64,000 nucleotides of DNA from contig NC_047065.1 of NCBI RefSeq assembly GCF_902459465.1, forward strand, positions 22,630,001 through 22,694,000, given 5' to 3'. The position numbers were made by a program, and so were the translations under genes. The first letter of the stretch is position 1, and the number at the start of each line of letters is the position of its first letter. Source of the DNA: Asterias rubens (taxonomy: Eukaryota). Under the pieces are notes generated by a model. That model did no database searches. It had not been told where the DNA came from and saw only the letters and a list, made by a program, of their open reading frames with translations. This document shows positions 24,807-39,100 of the stretch, in pieces.

Positions 24807-25103
24807 AGGCACAAACACGTTTGGTAATTGTCAAAGACCATTTTTCTCACTTGATGTATCCCAACATATGCATTTAAAACAACAAATCTGTGAAAATTAT
24901 GGCTTAATTGGTCATCGAGTTTGCATGAGAATAAGATGCATAATGACAAACTTCAGCTGAAGTCTTTTATAATTTAAAACTACTTTACTTCAGAGGGAGC
25001 CGTTTCTCACAATGTTTTATACTATCAACAGCTCTCCATCCCTAGTTACCAAGTAAGTTTTCATGCTCACAATTATTTTATAGTAGGTACCAATAGTGTA
25101 CCT
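24807..25103 (+). mobile_element. MITE K1-related, internally deleted
   Basis: ttaa|aggcacaaacacgtttggtaattgtc ... taccaatagtgtacct|ttaa. Confidence 0.8.
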
Positions 25104-25204
25104 TTAAACGCCGTACTACAAGGAAAATAGAAAATGACTCAAATTTCCATATTCTACTCCATAAATCTTTACACCCAAATAATCCAATAACAAGAAAGGC
25201 TTAA

Positions 25205-25578
25205 AGGACCACGTTGCATTGGATCGTACGAGTTGATCTATAAAAAGCGTTAAATAACCGTTTGTTATAGGACAGATATTTTCAAAGTGGAATACACCGA
25301 CCTACTCAAATTTGCCTCGAAATTGCATGTGTTTCCTTTTACTTTGCGAACTAACACGGTCGGCTATTTATATGGGAGTCAAAAATTTGACTCCCATATT
25401 CATGGCCGACCGTATTAGTTGATGAGGTAAAAGTAAAACCACGCAATTTCGAGGCATGTTTGTGTGGATCATTGTATTCTACTTTCACAAACATCTTTCT
25501 ACCATTATGAATTTTATAAGAAACGGTTACAAACGATTTTCAAAGACCAACTCGACCGATCCAAGGCAACGTGTTCCT
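25205..25578. mobile_element. TTAA-type MITE family K3
   Basis: TIR aggaccacgttgcattggatcg / cgatccaaggcaacgtgttcct. Homolog at 32227-32550. Confidence 0.85.
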
Positions 25579-26122
25579 TTTTAATGGAACAGTACTGTCC
25601 TGGCATGTAAACCTTTAGAGCAACTGGATAAAACCGAGCATAAAAGAAATACAGCACCAGTATATAACCTTAATAATCAACAACTTTGATAACGTATACC
25701 CGGGAACTTCTGTAACTACGGTAAAACTATCGCAACTGGTAAATAACAAACGTTTCCCGAGCAGGCCATGTGACTTATAAACAGGCCACAAACGTCTCCT
25801 AATATTCCATCTTTAGAGATAACAAAATAAGACAAGTCCTACTCACTTTTATACTGCACGCACGGGGAATTAACTGGTTGATGGATGAAGATTAATCTGT
25901 GGTTTTAAGTGATTTCGTGGAATTATTGAAGAACATTGATGAAGAACCAGGTGGTTAAGAAAGTGATTGAAATCTTATGGAATTAGGCTGTCGATAGAGG
26001 GCGTTTATATACATCACACCAGCGTTTACATTCTTCACAAAAATGGTAGACTGTGAAAATCAACCCAAATTGATTGGAGCAGTGGCGTTCATGTGTTACT
26101 TTAGATGTATTCCGTGGCTTTC

Positions 26123-26388
26123 TAGACTTGTGACAAGTCGTAATGGTCTGTCGCGCTCGCGTCGAGTCGGGGTGGTTCGTAACGATCCAGGTCTCTGCGA
26201 CCGAATACCACCACTCTCGTGAGATCACTGCTCTCACGCGAAGCTGCTGGTCCTACTCGCTCCCTATTAAATGGGACCGAAGGCGTGAGATCAGTTGTCT
26301 CGCAGGTGCAATCAGTCTCACGAGAATACCGCCAGTGTCACGGGAACGCTGTACCGCGATAGACATTTAAAGACTTTAAACAAGTCTA
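26123..26388. mobile_element. CpG-rich MITE with TAGACTTG...CAAGTCTA ends
   Basis: About 35-bp imperfect TIR (tagacttgtgacaagtcgtaatggtctgtcgcg). Homolog at 59449-59666. Confidence 0.75.
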
Positions 26389-26841
26389 TGTTTTTCAGTT
26401 CTCCAGTCGTGATGGTTATTATTCGGGTTGGGTACACCCCGTAACTTTGGTGAGGACTATGATTGAAATGTTGCTGTCATAATATGGGTGCAAAGAGGTG
26501 TGTGCTCAAGTAAATTTAAAACATCTGTGATTGTACAAAAAACAACCGGCTTAATAATTAAGTGTGTGCCAAAATCCCTCAAACACAACCTTTTTGTAAA
26601 ACTGCCCCTTCCCTTTCCATACCAGGCTAAGGGGAGGGGTTTTAGTTCACCGACCCCAACCCCCCCCCCTCTCCCCCGAGTGCGCCCCCCTCCTCCGAGT
26701 ACAAAAACCCACACCACTTGGGTTGTTGCTCCCCCCTCCCACCGTCACCCCTATCTCGGATACTGGTGGGTCAAAAGTCGTTAGTTGTCGCCATAATTGC
26801 TCGAAACACACGTACGCCATTTCTAGGTGAGTTCATTTTAA

Positions 26842-27112
26842 AGGAACATCACAGAATCGGTTAAGAAAACAAATCGTCTAATTAAACATCCCTTGTAATA
26901 ATTTCTGTCTGAAATGTCATAATTTGATGGGAAATAAATAAAACTTATTTCCCGTCTCGAATTTATCGCTCAGTGAGCGTAAACTCGGACCCAGATGGCC
27001 GATCGTTCTCAAACTTATACAGGCTTCAGTTTATGTATATGGTGGATTACATAAAGTGCTTAATACAACAAATATTTGTTAGCCAAAAAACGACATTTTA
27101 TGTAATGTTACT
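26842..27112. mobile_element. TTAA-type MITE family K6
   Basis: ttaa|aggaacatcaca ... tgtaatgttact|ttaa. Reverse homolog at 46826-47146. Confidence 0.7.
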
Positions 27113-27677
27113 TTAACAGGGTGTTTACCTGTCGGTGTTGATCGTCACCAAGGATACGTCGGGTCCAGTAAATCAGCTTGTGATTACAATGTCCCCTGCG
27201 TCGGCATCAGCAGTTTGGGTTTTATTTCCTCGACGTCAGCAAAATTTCAAAGTGCATATTAAACCAACAATGTCAATACTTGCTTACCAGGCAATTTTTT
27301 TTAAGGCAGACAAAGTATTTGTAAGTATTTGTTTAGCTGAGATCAAACGCTCTCAAAATAGTTTCGTTTATCAAGGGGAAAGTAGTGAAGAGTAGTTTGT
27401 GTTCTGGAAATACCAGATAAAAACTAATATTTTTTTCTCATTATTAATTCTTGTAAAAATAAATATCGCAGTTGAAGCCAAAATATATCAAAATTATTTT
27501 TCTCCACCATGACCATCCTTAGGCCTGCCTAATCCACATAAAGCTGAGAACAAACCTGCAAAAACGTATATTATTAAACTTATCAAAGTCATACAGGCCC
27601 TCGAAACAGTTGTGCTATCTGAAGCAAACTCAGGTGAATATGAACTCTTCTCTAAACTGGTGGTACGATCATTTTAA

Positions 27678-28057
27678 AGGCAGTGGACACTATTGGTAAT
27701 TGTCAAAGACTAGCCTTCACAGTTGGTGTATCTCAACATATGCATAAAATAACTAACCTGTGGAAATTTGAGCTCAATCGGTCATCAAAGTTACGAGATA
27801 ATAATGAAAGAAAAAAACACCCTTGTCACACGGAGTTGTGTGCGTTTAGATGGTCGATTTCGAGACCTCAAGTTCTAAATCTGAGGTCTCGAAATCAAAT
27901 TCGTGGAAAATTACTTCTTTCTCGAAATCTATGGCGAATTCAGAGGGAACCGTTTCTCACAATGTTTTATACTATCAACCTCTTCCCATTACTCGTCACC
28001 AAGAAAGGTTTTATGCTAATAATTATTTTGAGTAATTACCAATAGTGTCCACTGCCT
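27678..28057 (+). mobile_element. MITE K1, full copy
   Basis: Full TIRs, TTAA flanks, 380 bp. Confidence 0.9.
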
Positions 28058-28256
28058 TTAACTTAAAAACAGATGGTCGGACGATCACTCCAACTCATTG
28101 CACAAAAAAATTACTCACGCATATTAAATGATTTATTTGGTTTGCGGTAACACCGTATGGGTATCTACTCGTTTGGTAGATTATGTGTTTTTGGAGAACA
28201 TGTCTCGCTTTTAATGTACACATGGTGTTACTGAAGACCGATTGTAATTATATTAA

Positions 28257-28517
28257 AGGCAGTGTACACTATTGGTAATTGTCAAAGAACAGTATTCTCA
28301 CTTGGTGTATCTCATCATATACAACCCTGTGAAAATTTGAGCTCAATCGGATGTCGAAGTTGTGAGATATTATACTTCTTTCTCGAAAACTACGTCACTT
28401 CAGAGGGTGCCGTTTCTCACAATGTTTTATACTATCAACCTCTCCCTATTACTCGTAATCAAGAAAGGTTTGATGATAATAATTATTTTGAGCAATTACC
28501 AATAGTGTCCACTGCCT
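28257..28517 (+). mobile_element. MITE K1, internally deleted
   Basis: Both TIRs and TTAA flanks present; the central hairpin region is missing. Confidence 0.85.
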
Positions 28518-28849
28518 TTAACCATGCATTGCATCAAATCCCGTACAATAACATAGGATCCTAATATGAGGCAAAACACATTGTTGACTTGCCCCATTAC
28601 CTCATGTCTTGATGAAGGGGGTAGTATTAAAGCAATAGGTATATAGGGGATGGGATGGGGGGGTACTGTTCCACCACAAGAAGAAACAAATCCAAACGAG
28701 TGGGACGGCTCCGAGTGGGACGGCTCTAATGTATGACACATCAATTTTGTCACGGGCCCAACCTTGTTTGATGCAGGGCAAGTTAAGAAAATTTGGGGTG
28801 TAATTGTTTTTCATTTGGTTAAACCTTGTTTGGTAGATATACTATGTGC

Positions 28850-29830
28850 GCTATATTAATATAAGTTGTTAGCCAAAGTTTGGGGCTAAATTTAGGTCCG
28901 GGTTGAATGTACATACAATAGGTGTTAATAGATAAAAGCGTTGTGGTTAGTTAGATGTATGGGTCATATTAAGGTACAGGTTTCGGGCTACATTTAGGTC
29001 AGGGCTGAATGTAGTAAGAATGTAGGCGTAGATTTTTTGATAAGGGGTTGGGGCTACATATACGCAAAGGTAGCATTTATGTATAGGTTTGGGCTGCATT
29101 TGGGGGTAATTTAAGATGCAATGCTGATGTAACGTTAAGGTAAAGCGTTTGGGGTACTTTATGTCTGGGTCACTTTTAAAGTATAACTTTGGGCTACACT
29201 TAGTTTTTAAGTACAATATTGGTGTAGCTATAAGATAAGTGTTTGGACCACATAGATCTGGGTCACATTTATGTTGGTTTTTGCTTCGATTCCATACGAT
29301 TTATTGTTTAACTACAACCTTCAGTGTCAAACAACCATAACATATTAGATCAAAAGTGTATTTCGATTCACCGCTAAAGAGTTTTTATCAGTTATAGTAA
29401 TTCGAACCTTGGAACGCTCTAAAATAAGATAAAAACATGCATTGTTTCAGCAAACAAAAACTTGGTTAATAAAGGAAACACGATGTTTCCTTTATTTACC
29501 AAGTTTTTGTTTGCTGAAACATGGGCATGTTTTTATTTTATTTTAGAGCGTTCCATGGTTCGTGTTTCCTTTATTTACCAAGTTTTTGTTTGCTGAAATC
29601 GCTCTGCCACGACACTTCCACCCAAATGTGACCCAGACGTGCAGCCCAATCGCATTATCTAAAAATTACACCAACATTGTACCTAATATTTAACCGCACC
29701 TAAATGTAGCCCCAATAAACTTGTATAAAACTGGGTGTTTCGCGCCCGGGCCAATGTATAAACAACGTTTGATCAAATTTAGCCCCAAATCATGTACTTA
29801 AGTTTAGCCTGGAGCTAACTGTAGCTCGTA
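28850..29830. repeat. Loose (cc)taaatgtagccc motif arrays in inverted arrangement around a central palindrome
   Basis: Reverse motifs (gggctacatttagg) at 28860-29280 and forward motifs at 29640-29830. The same motif family occurs at 21050-21230 and about 42880-42920. Confidence 0.5.
29403..29598. repeat. About 160-bp palindrome plus a third partial arm
   Basis: 29403-29481 is the reverse complement of 29483-29562. 29563-29598 repeats the start of the right arm. Confidence 0.85.
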
Positions 29831-30150
29831 TAACCTTTAGAATCTATAGACGCGGCTTTACAACTATGGTTCAATGAGTTTTTACTAAAATGACAATCCG
29901 TGTTTTTAATATTTAAATAAAAATAACAGTCCAAGGTGTGCTTTTTGTTATTTGTATACCGGTTACAAATTGACTTAATCTAAGACAACTACTGCATGAC
30001 TCACCTTTGTACTCAAAATGTCAGTAATGGGATGTTTCGGAAAATAAATAGTTCCATTCAGACTTGAGGTTTTGACGGCTTTGAGTGTCTGTCAAAACTC
30101 CATGGGGGATTGTTGTTTCTTTCGACGGGTGGATATCTGTACGAGTCATC

Positions 30151-33100
30151 ATGGATGGCCTGCACATGGCAATACACGAGACTGAAATATCCAGAGCCCA
30201 TATCAAGAGATGGAACCACGATCCAATACCAGTCCGGATATCGCCGGAGCACGTCGCCAAATTCCACCGGGCCGAAGTGACTCTTGAACGGCAGATCGGG
30301 CTCGGTGGATGCATCGCTTTCGTTGTCGGCACCGTGGTGGGCTCGGGAATTTTCATCTCACCGAAAGGAGTGCTGAAAAACACCGGCAGCGTGGGGATGG
30401 CGCTCATGGTGTGGGTCACCTGTGGGATTTTATCGGCCATCGGGGCGCTCTGTTACGCTGAGCTCGGAACGACCATCCCGAAGTCCGGTGGAGACTTCAC
30501 GTATATTCTAGAGACGTTCGGAGCCATTCCGGCATTCCTGCGAGTGTGGACGAACCTGGTGGCCGTTATCACCGCACAGTATGCCGTCATTTCAGTCACC
30601 GGGGTCACCTACATGTTGAAGCCTATTTTTGGAGACTGCGAGATACCGTACTTTTTGATTCAGTTTCTGGCTGTATTATTGCTAGGTAATGTATATATAT
30701 TCCACGACTGAAAAGTGGCGACTCAGTCACAAAAAAGTGTGTTCATACTTTGGAGTCAATGAATATGGGTAAAAATTATTATCCAATAGCTCCTTGTTAT
30801 AACTATGGAAAAAGGACCTTTTCGCAATAAGGTGCATGCTGGTCTAGCTAGGCCGATCAAGTTTGATCGCCAATATATTAGACCAGCTATACTGACCAGA
30901 TAGCTACACCGGCTAGGCCGATCACGTTTGATCGCCAGCCTAGCTAGAAAGCATGCACTTCATTCAACAGTTGGGCAATAGGTATTTGCGAAAGGGTCTA
31001 TAATACAGTAGTAAGCATCCTGCAAAGTTATTTCGCCTAAAATGTCATAGTGATTAGAAATGTAACTCTCTTAAGATCGGCTTTTGGGTTTAAAATTTCA
31101 GTGGTGTCCGTTTGTGAATGCTACGGCCATAGATGCGGTTGGCACTCGCTGTCATCGTGCTTAACCTGGGCCCAAATTCATAAAACCCTTTAAAGGCACT
31201 GGGCACTATTGGTTATTACAAAACTAAATTGTTACCATAACAACTTATCCTTGCATCGAGCAATGGAGAGCTGTTGTTTGTCTAAACATTGTATGAAGTA
31301 ATATCGTTTTGGTGTTTGAGAAAGAGGTAGTTTCTCACTCAAATATTGAAATACTTCAGCTGAATCTTGTTTATTTCTTTCATTATTCTCTTCCAAAGTG
31401 AGCCCAATATTTTGCACAGGTTTGTTATTTTTATGCATATGCTGAGATAAACCAAGCGAGAATGCTGGTCTTTGACAATTACCAAAGGTGTCCATACAGT
31501 GCCTTTAAATTCATTCTAAAAAAAATTTGGTCGCTTTGAGACGCCCTTCGGATTTGCAAAGCGCGCTGTTTACAAACTGATTGTTATTATTATTAGTGCT
31601 ATTAATATTTTCATTATCATCAATGTTAATACTGTTTGTTTCCCAGTGGCTATATTCTGGTTGAACAGTGTGAGTGTTCTATGGAGTAAGCGAGTTCAGA
31701 TTATCTCTACAGTAGCTAAAGTCGTTGAGCTGCTTCTCATCATCGCCTCGGGATTGTATTTCATGTGGCTAGGTATACACATGAATGTCTCTAAATTATT
31801 CTTAGGGGAAGATAAAAGTAGGGGTGAACAAATCATTGCATGAATGTTCATTGTCTGAATATTCATTGGACATTCATCGAATACGCATTTGCTTATAATC
31901 GATGTCCAAATGTTCTGTGCCACTCAATCAAAGAATATTCAGTGCGTGAACATTTTGCTGAATATCCATTGCATGCAAAGCAAAACAACTAATTTTAAAA
32001 TGAATGTCTCAAAGATTTTCTCAAAAACTGACTTTGATGTCACCTTAAGGGGAGATATAAAATGTGGTGAATAAATCATTGTATGAATGTTTATTGTCTG
32101 AAGAATAATTGAATGTTTAAATCAAAGTATATTCATCGATTGAACCTTTTCCTAAGCTAGGGTTAATCTGAAGACGTTAGAACGCATTGAACCAATCTTA
32201 GGACAAGTATAAACACTCATCCTTAAAGGAACACGTTGCCTTGGATCGGTCGAGTTGGTCTTTGAAAAGCGTTTGTTATAAAATGCACATGGGTAGAAAG
32301 ATGTTGTAAAAGTAGAATACAATGATCCACACAAACATGCCTCGAAATTGCACGGTTTTCCTTTTATCTCGTCGACTAACACCGTGTTAGTTCGCACAGT
32401 AAAAGGAAAACCACGCAATTTCGAGGCAAGTTTGTGTGGATCATTGTATTCTACTTTTAAAACATCGTTCCAATCATATGCAATTTAAAGAAAACTGTTA
32501 CAAAACGCTTTTTATAGACCAACTCGTCTGATCCAAGGCAACGCGTTCCTTTAACTAGAAATAGGATTAATCCTAGCGTTTCGTCAAATCGGCTGCTGGT
32601 CTTTTTAGGGGGACTTAACTGTTTATTATTCGTTTTTCTATCCAATGCAGGTCAAACTGGTAACCTAAAGCAAGCATTCAAGCCAGCTGTGTACGTGGAT
32701 CTTAGCAAGCTACCACTAGCTATGTACTCTGGTCTCTTCGCTTATTCTGGATGGTAAAGATCTCACTATGTAATCTTGTTGGCTAGAACTGATTATGTTT
32801 TGGGTAATTGTGAGACTGACCCGTAGTGAATCAGGCTGACCGGGGTATGTCAATCTGACTCAGAATGCGGGTTGGGAACAATGGATATGTCTGACCAGGT
32901 TTAGGGTAAAGGTGACGACAGACCTGTAGCAAGGTCAGGCTCACCGGGGTGTCTCAACGTGACTCAGTATGCGGGTTTCATTTGAACAGTAGGTCTGACC
33001 AAGGTAAAGGACAAGGTGAGAAAGACCCGTGACAGAGTCAGACTGATCGGTGGTGTCTGAACGTGACTCAGAATGTAGGTAACATACATTTAAAGGATGG

Positions 33101-36100
33101 TTCTGACCAAGGTCAGGGTCAGGGTCGTGATAAGACTGACCCATGGCAGAGTCAAACTGAGCATGGGTATGTTTCAATCTGACTCAGACGGTGACATAGA
33201 AATATTTGAAGGATAAGTTTGACCAAGGTCAGGATCACGGTGAGACTGACCCGTGGTAGAGTCAGACTGAATATGAGTATGTTTCAATCTGACTCAGGAT
33301 GCGAGTTAGAATTTAAAACATTTGAAAGATAGATCAGACGCAGGTCAAGGTCGCGGTGTTACTGACCCGTAGCTGAGTCAGGCTGACCAACAAGTATCTT
33401 AATGTGACTCAGGTGTGCAAACACATTAGAAACATTTAAATGATGAAGTTTGAACCGGGTCACGATCAATGTGAGTCAGTTGGTGAGTCTGGATGACTTG
33501 GGACTGTGTTAATGTGATCGTGACACAGGAATCTAGTATCCGGAAACGTGTGCGAAATATTATATTAGACTATAAGGAGATGCCTGTGTTCCTTTTTGTT
33601 TTAACATGTTTCGCTTAATTATTTTCTCTTTTTCTACTTATTTATTTTTTATTTTTTCAATAAAGGTATTTGTGAGTTCTCCCACCATTTAAAATGATTA
33701 TTTAATTTCAATGTCGTTATGATTAATTTTTGCAGGCAGTTTCTACCATCATTTACCGAAGAAATTGTGAATCCTTCAAGGTAAAGTTTATCAAAATATA
33801 ACTATACTCGGGTATAATATGAGCGTTCTACAGTCCTGGCCATATCTCGTTGGGCCCCCTGTCACGCCCCGAGTCGTCTTTCCCCGACCTCGGCGGCCAT
33901 GACCTTCGGTAGTTGTTGGTAGTTGTTGGACAAACAGAGAATTGAAGGCAAAGGAAACAAGTTTGTATTTACAAGAAAAAATACCGATTTATTTACAATT
34001 TACATTAAAGTGTGTCTTCACAAATGTAATAAAATAAACGTTGTCCTATCAATGACTTTCATTAATGGTTGCCGGTTACTACAATCTTCTCTTTCTCTCT
34101 GCGTGTGTCTCTTTCGGTTTTAGCTTAACATCACTCCCATCACGTCTTCCTAGTCTTTGGCACTGGGTCGTATCTCTGCCCGGCCTTCTGTTAGCCCTCA
34201 GTTTAGCACATCAACTCAAGTGTGGCGTTTTAACCCTTGCGGGAAAAACCCTGTAATAAGCAAATACACCCAAATCTACATTTACAAAACTTAAAGTAAA
34301 ATAACACATTATCAACTTATGATCAATGTTTTCTTTACGGTAGTTCGACAACGCACTTCCAATCTTTAACGCACTTCCAATCTTTAACGCATGAATTCAA
34401 ATCAATGCTATGTACAAAACTTTCTTTCCACGACTTCCTCGAACAATTAAATCAAAGTAAATCACAGTTCTATTGAGAAGGGGTTCCACAATTAAATACA
34501 ACAAAACTGAATTTCATTAACACAATCTATTTGAAATAAATAACATTATCAATAGCTACTTACAGGTCGATTTGTCGATCCTGGTTTCTACAGTGGCGGG
34601 TCTCTTCAACAAAATTTCGGTGTGTCTCACTCGCCAGAACAAACTGCGTTTGAAAAAACTATGCAACTAAGGCTGGATGACTGTATACAGGGCACTCAAT
34701 AACCCATAAGCAAAATACAGGAGTTCTCAATAACTCGATCGTCGAGGCTGACAGAGTCCTCTCCTCGGGAATCTCAAAATGCAAAGTCACACACCTAAAT
34801 TTCTGTTCCCCTTAAATTAACACAAAATACATTCCCGCTGTAAGATCTCGTGACTTGCACGCATTCCAAACCTTTAACATAAAAGATGCCTTAAAACATC
34901 CGATGCCTTCTTGGCCAATCAGAACCTTTAAACTGCCCCAAAAGTTTACTAACCTTTACAGAACTTGAACACAATGACAAGAAAATGCCAAGTCATGATT
35001 GCGGCGCTTTGGCCATAACTATTTAAAACCTTGTTTCTTCCTGTATTATACATAACGGCCAGCAAACTGAGGAAACTTAAGTAATTCTTTAAAAAACTTA
35101 TATCACTCCGTGACACCCCCTGCCCCTTTATGTTGGTTCTGATCGTTCGGTCTTTTGCGTTCCAGAGAGCGGTGGGCGGGGGGCAGGGGGAGAGAATGAA
35201 TTTTGTCAGTGGGAACTGTACATGGAATGGTTTTACGAAACGTTCGCAAAGGCGCCCAAGCATTTGGGGCGGGATTGTTGCCCTAATGTTGACGGTATCC
35301 CGATGTTGTCAATAAATTTTTCACTCATGTTCCCTGGCTAAACATATTATTGTATCACAATAAAATCTCCAAAGATAACTGAAATGATAATTTCTTTCAA
35401 TTATTGATTTGTTATATGCAGGAATATCCCTCTAGGAATCATTATATCAATGATATTCGTCACCAGTACGTACCTATTGGTCAACTTGGCATACTTCGTG
35501 GTGCTAGATCCGCTAGAGGTACTGTCTGCGGAAGCCGTTGCCCTGGTTAGTAACAACTGATGTGCTTGGGGAAATAGTTGCTGAGAACGGAGCCTCAAGC
35601 CGAATGAATCCAAAGCTGAAGCCATGGTTTCGAAAAGGCCATATGTTAGCGGTCTCCATATCTTATAAATATCTTAGTTAAAGTCACCTGGAAATAGAAT
35701 TGTATTTCTTTCAAACATAAGAGTATATGCTTACGAACAATAAAACAATTTTTTTAGTAATTGTTTGTCACGATTTATATGTTTAAAAAATATATAAAGT
35801 TGTTTGGGGGCTGACTCCGCCTACCCCTTTTGTGACGTCAATCGAGGCAGACTTTGCCTGCAATGCGTATAGTAAACACACGTGCAAAGTACATGTACAT
35901 GTACGTCCAAGTCGTGTGTTGGTACATTTCAAAAAATGATTTTCTGCATTCAGCAGCAATACACCTGGTCGGCATTGCCGGAAAAAACAAAACATTTTTT
36001 TTGAAACGTACAAGCTCACGACTTGGTCCGTACATGTACTTTGCAATTGTGTTTACATAAGAACTGATTTTTTAAAACCTTAGTTAACTGTTTATTCACA

Positions 36101-39100
36101 TTCCACTCATCAAAACACATATATTAGTGACAAAAGCTTTATTTTGAAAAAAAAAACCAGGTGACTTTAAGGGTGCCAGTTAAAAGCCAGACTCTCCTCT
36201 AAAAGGTATTTTTTTAAATGAGCTCTACCAACTGAGATATCTATGTTAGCGGTCTCCTTATCTTATACATTACCTTAGTTCAGAGTCCAAAAGCCAGTTT
36301 GACCCTCTTCTTAGGTATGTTTTGAAATGAGCTGCAGGTTAGGTTCTCCTCGACGTTTCAAGTAGTGTAATCTAGTGGTCTTCAGAAGATCTTGTTTTCA
36401 TGAAGTCTAGATCACACATTGATGGATGTAGGCTTTGACATTTTTTTGTGCCTTTTTTCTTCTTTTTTAGACGTTCAGCTCACGCGTTCTCGGTAACTGG
36501 GCTCTCGTCATCTCCATCGCCGTACCCTTATCCTGCATCGGATCTATCAATGGACAGATATTCAGCTTTGCGAGGTAATTCGTTTCAGACGTTTTTTTTT
36601 GTACTCTGTTTTTAAGCAAATCAGGGGTCGATTTCACAAAGAGTTAGGACTAGTCCTAACTTAGGACTAGTCCTAGGAGATGACAAATTGCATGGGTAGT
36701 CCTAAGTTAGGACGAGTAACTGGTCCTAACTCGAGACAAGACTAGTCCTAACTCTTTGTGAAATCCACCCCAGGTTGAAACCGTTTTTAAAGAAATCGAT
36801 TCTAGAAACATGTATTCCGTTTTTTAAGGTGAAATTGTTGTCAGACTTTTTTTCCATGGAGTTTGTTTTCAAAAGATGGGTTGAAAACTTTTTTTTTTTA
36901 TAGTAAACGGTTCTGAGATATTCGGATTTGCGAGGCACATTGTTGTTTGACGTTCTTTTTTTAGGACTTTGTTTTTAAGGCGTTTTGTGTTCTTCTCTTT
37001 ATAACCGGATATAGGGAATTACTAATCAGCCGGGTTGGTAGCCGTTCGCATGCCTGGGATTGTTCCTTGGTCGGTGGGCTAGAAGGGCGGCAACCTCTAG
37101 CGGGAAGTTGCTCATCAGCCAAGCAATGACTTGCCTCCAACTGGGCCTAAATGTTACTGTTATGACGTGTTTAGATGGAATGTTATAGCTATAAGTTAGA
37201 AACTCTTGTTACCGGACAAGGGTACATGAAAGTGATGAGCAATGAGCAGGACCATAATGTAATACAGCTCTTGTGCTGATTTTTGAATCCTGTATACAGA
37301 TCATTAAATAAATAAATAAATAAATTGAAATAAATAGCCCAAGAATGGGACCAGATATTTGGAATGCACTCAGTCATTCAGATGTTTTATAATGCACTTC
37401 GAACATTCAGGAATATACACAGAATTTTCATTCCGATGGCATTCTGGTTCATTCTGCCTTTGGTGTGTGACTAGGGTATAACAAATGTGTGCGCCTTGAA
37501 GAAAAGTGTGAAGAGCCATTAAGCCCAACGTAAAGGTGCGGTTTCATGAACGCTTTGTACGGTGCAGGTCATAACATCTCGGAGCGATATGGTCAGATTT
37601 CGGCTGCGTAGATTTCTATCATTAATGTTGAAAACCGATTTATCTTATACAGGATTCTAATGGTATCATCACGTGAGCATTGTATGCCTCGCATTCTGGG
37701 AATGATCCATGTACATAATAAGACACCTCTTCCTGCAGCAATCGCAGCCGTAAGTGAATGGTTTTATTTACTGTAAGTTTGAGCAAGGCAATTACTCAAT
37801 TGTGTTTGGGAGTTTTGATGAGTTTGTCTATATTTTGTGAGAACTGAAAAGGGACAAACGCTATTAAATTGTTTTCACTGCGCCCATCTACTCATTAAAG
37901 GCACTGGACACGCTTGGTAATTGCCAGAGAACATTTTATGCATAAATAGCAATGTGAAAATTTGGACTCGATTGGTCATCAAAGTTGCAAGATAATTATG
38001 AAAGAAGTATAACCTAATGGCACAAAAATATCGTGTTCTTTCAAAAGCCTTACTAGGGTATAATGAGAAAATACGTCTTTCTTAAAAACTACGTTACTTT
38101 AGAGGGAGCTGTTTCTCACAATGTTTTATACTATCAACAGTTCTCCATTGCTCGGTACCAAGTAAGTTTAAAATGCTAAAAACTAATTTGAGTAATGACA
38201 CAAGATCATCCTTTTAGGGATCGTTTCTATAATAGTATGTTTCTTCTTGACCAACGTACGCAAATCAGGACTACGAGTCGTAGTGTTTACACAAAACTGC
38301 ACAATCTGATACGGCAATACAATAATAAAGTCTTTAAAAATTGGTATACAATGTGCTTTTTTTAGTTTCCAATAGCAGTGGCCATGCTGATGAGTAGAAA
38401 TATACAGCAACTTGTCGACTACATGAGCTTCACCACGTGGCTGTTAGTCTCCGTCGCAGTCGCTGTTATACCTTACTCAAGATGGAAGTACCCTGACTTA
38501 CACAGACCATTCAAGGTAAGTAAAGATGCTATAAAGGCGTGTTGTGGTCTAGCTGCTGTTATAAGAGCAGTGAGCACCGAATTCAAACTCTGGTGTCTCT
38601 TTTTATTTAACAGAGTGTGGGTTCGAGTCGCAGTCATGACACCTGTGTCCTGAAAGACCTGCCGGCTTGAACGAAAATGTCAAGTCGTGAACTTTGCTGA
38701 ATTTCACTTAAAATGTTTTTAATGAACAAGAAAATCGAGTCATATGACTATAAATAGATTTCAATTGTGTAAAAAAACAATAATTTCGAATGCCCTTATT
38801 CAGCACTTTTCTGAGAGATTTGAGAAAGCACTCTCAAAACGTCATAGTTGGGAGCTCCAATTTGTAAAGCCGCGTTGTTGCAAACTGCCTGACAAGTGTT
38901 TTTAGTTTTTCAAAACCTTTAGGTTGGGGCTTGATTTTTTAAACGATAATTACGCCGAATTCAGAAGTGTACACATATAAAAATTACATTAAAATAATGA
39001 ACAAGTGCATTTTAAACAAGTTAAAATAACATTTCCGTCGAAAACATTCCGCTCAGGTAGCTGTTGAAGCAATACACTTTAGGAAACCTGTGTAGTTTAT

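Noticed and set aside
38810-38845. CTGAGAG...AAAACGTC and, at 55163-55190, CTGATGAAG...AAAAGTTA hammerhead-like strings
   Set aside because: The conserved G12 is missing and the helices pair poorly. They could be ancient relics but cannot be supported.
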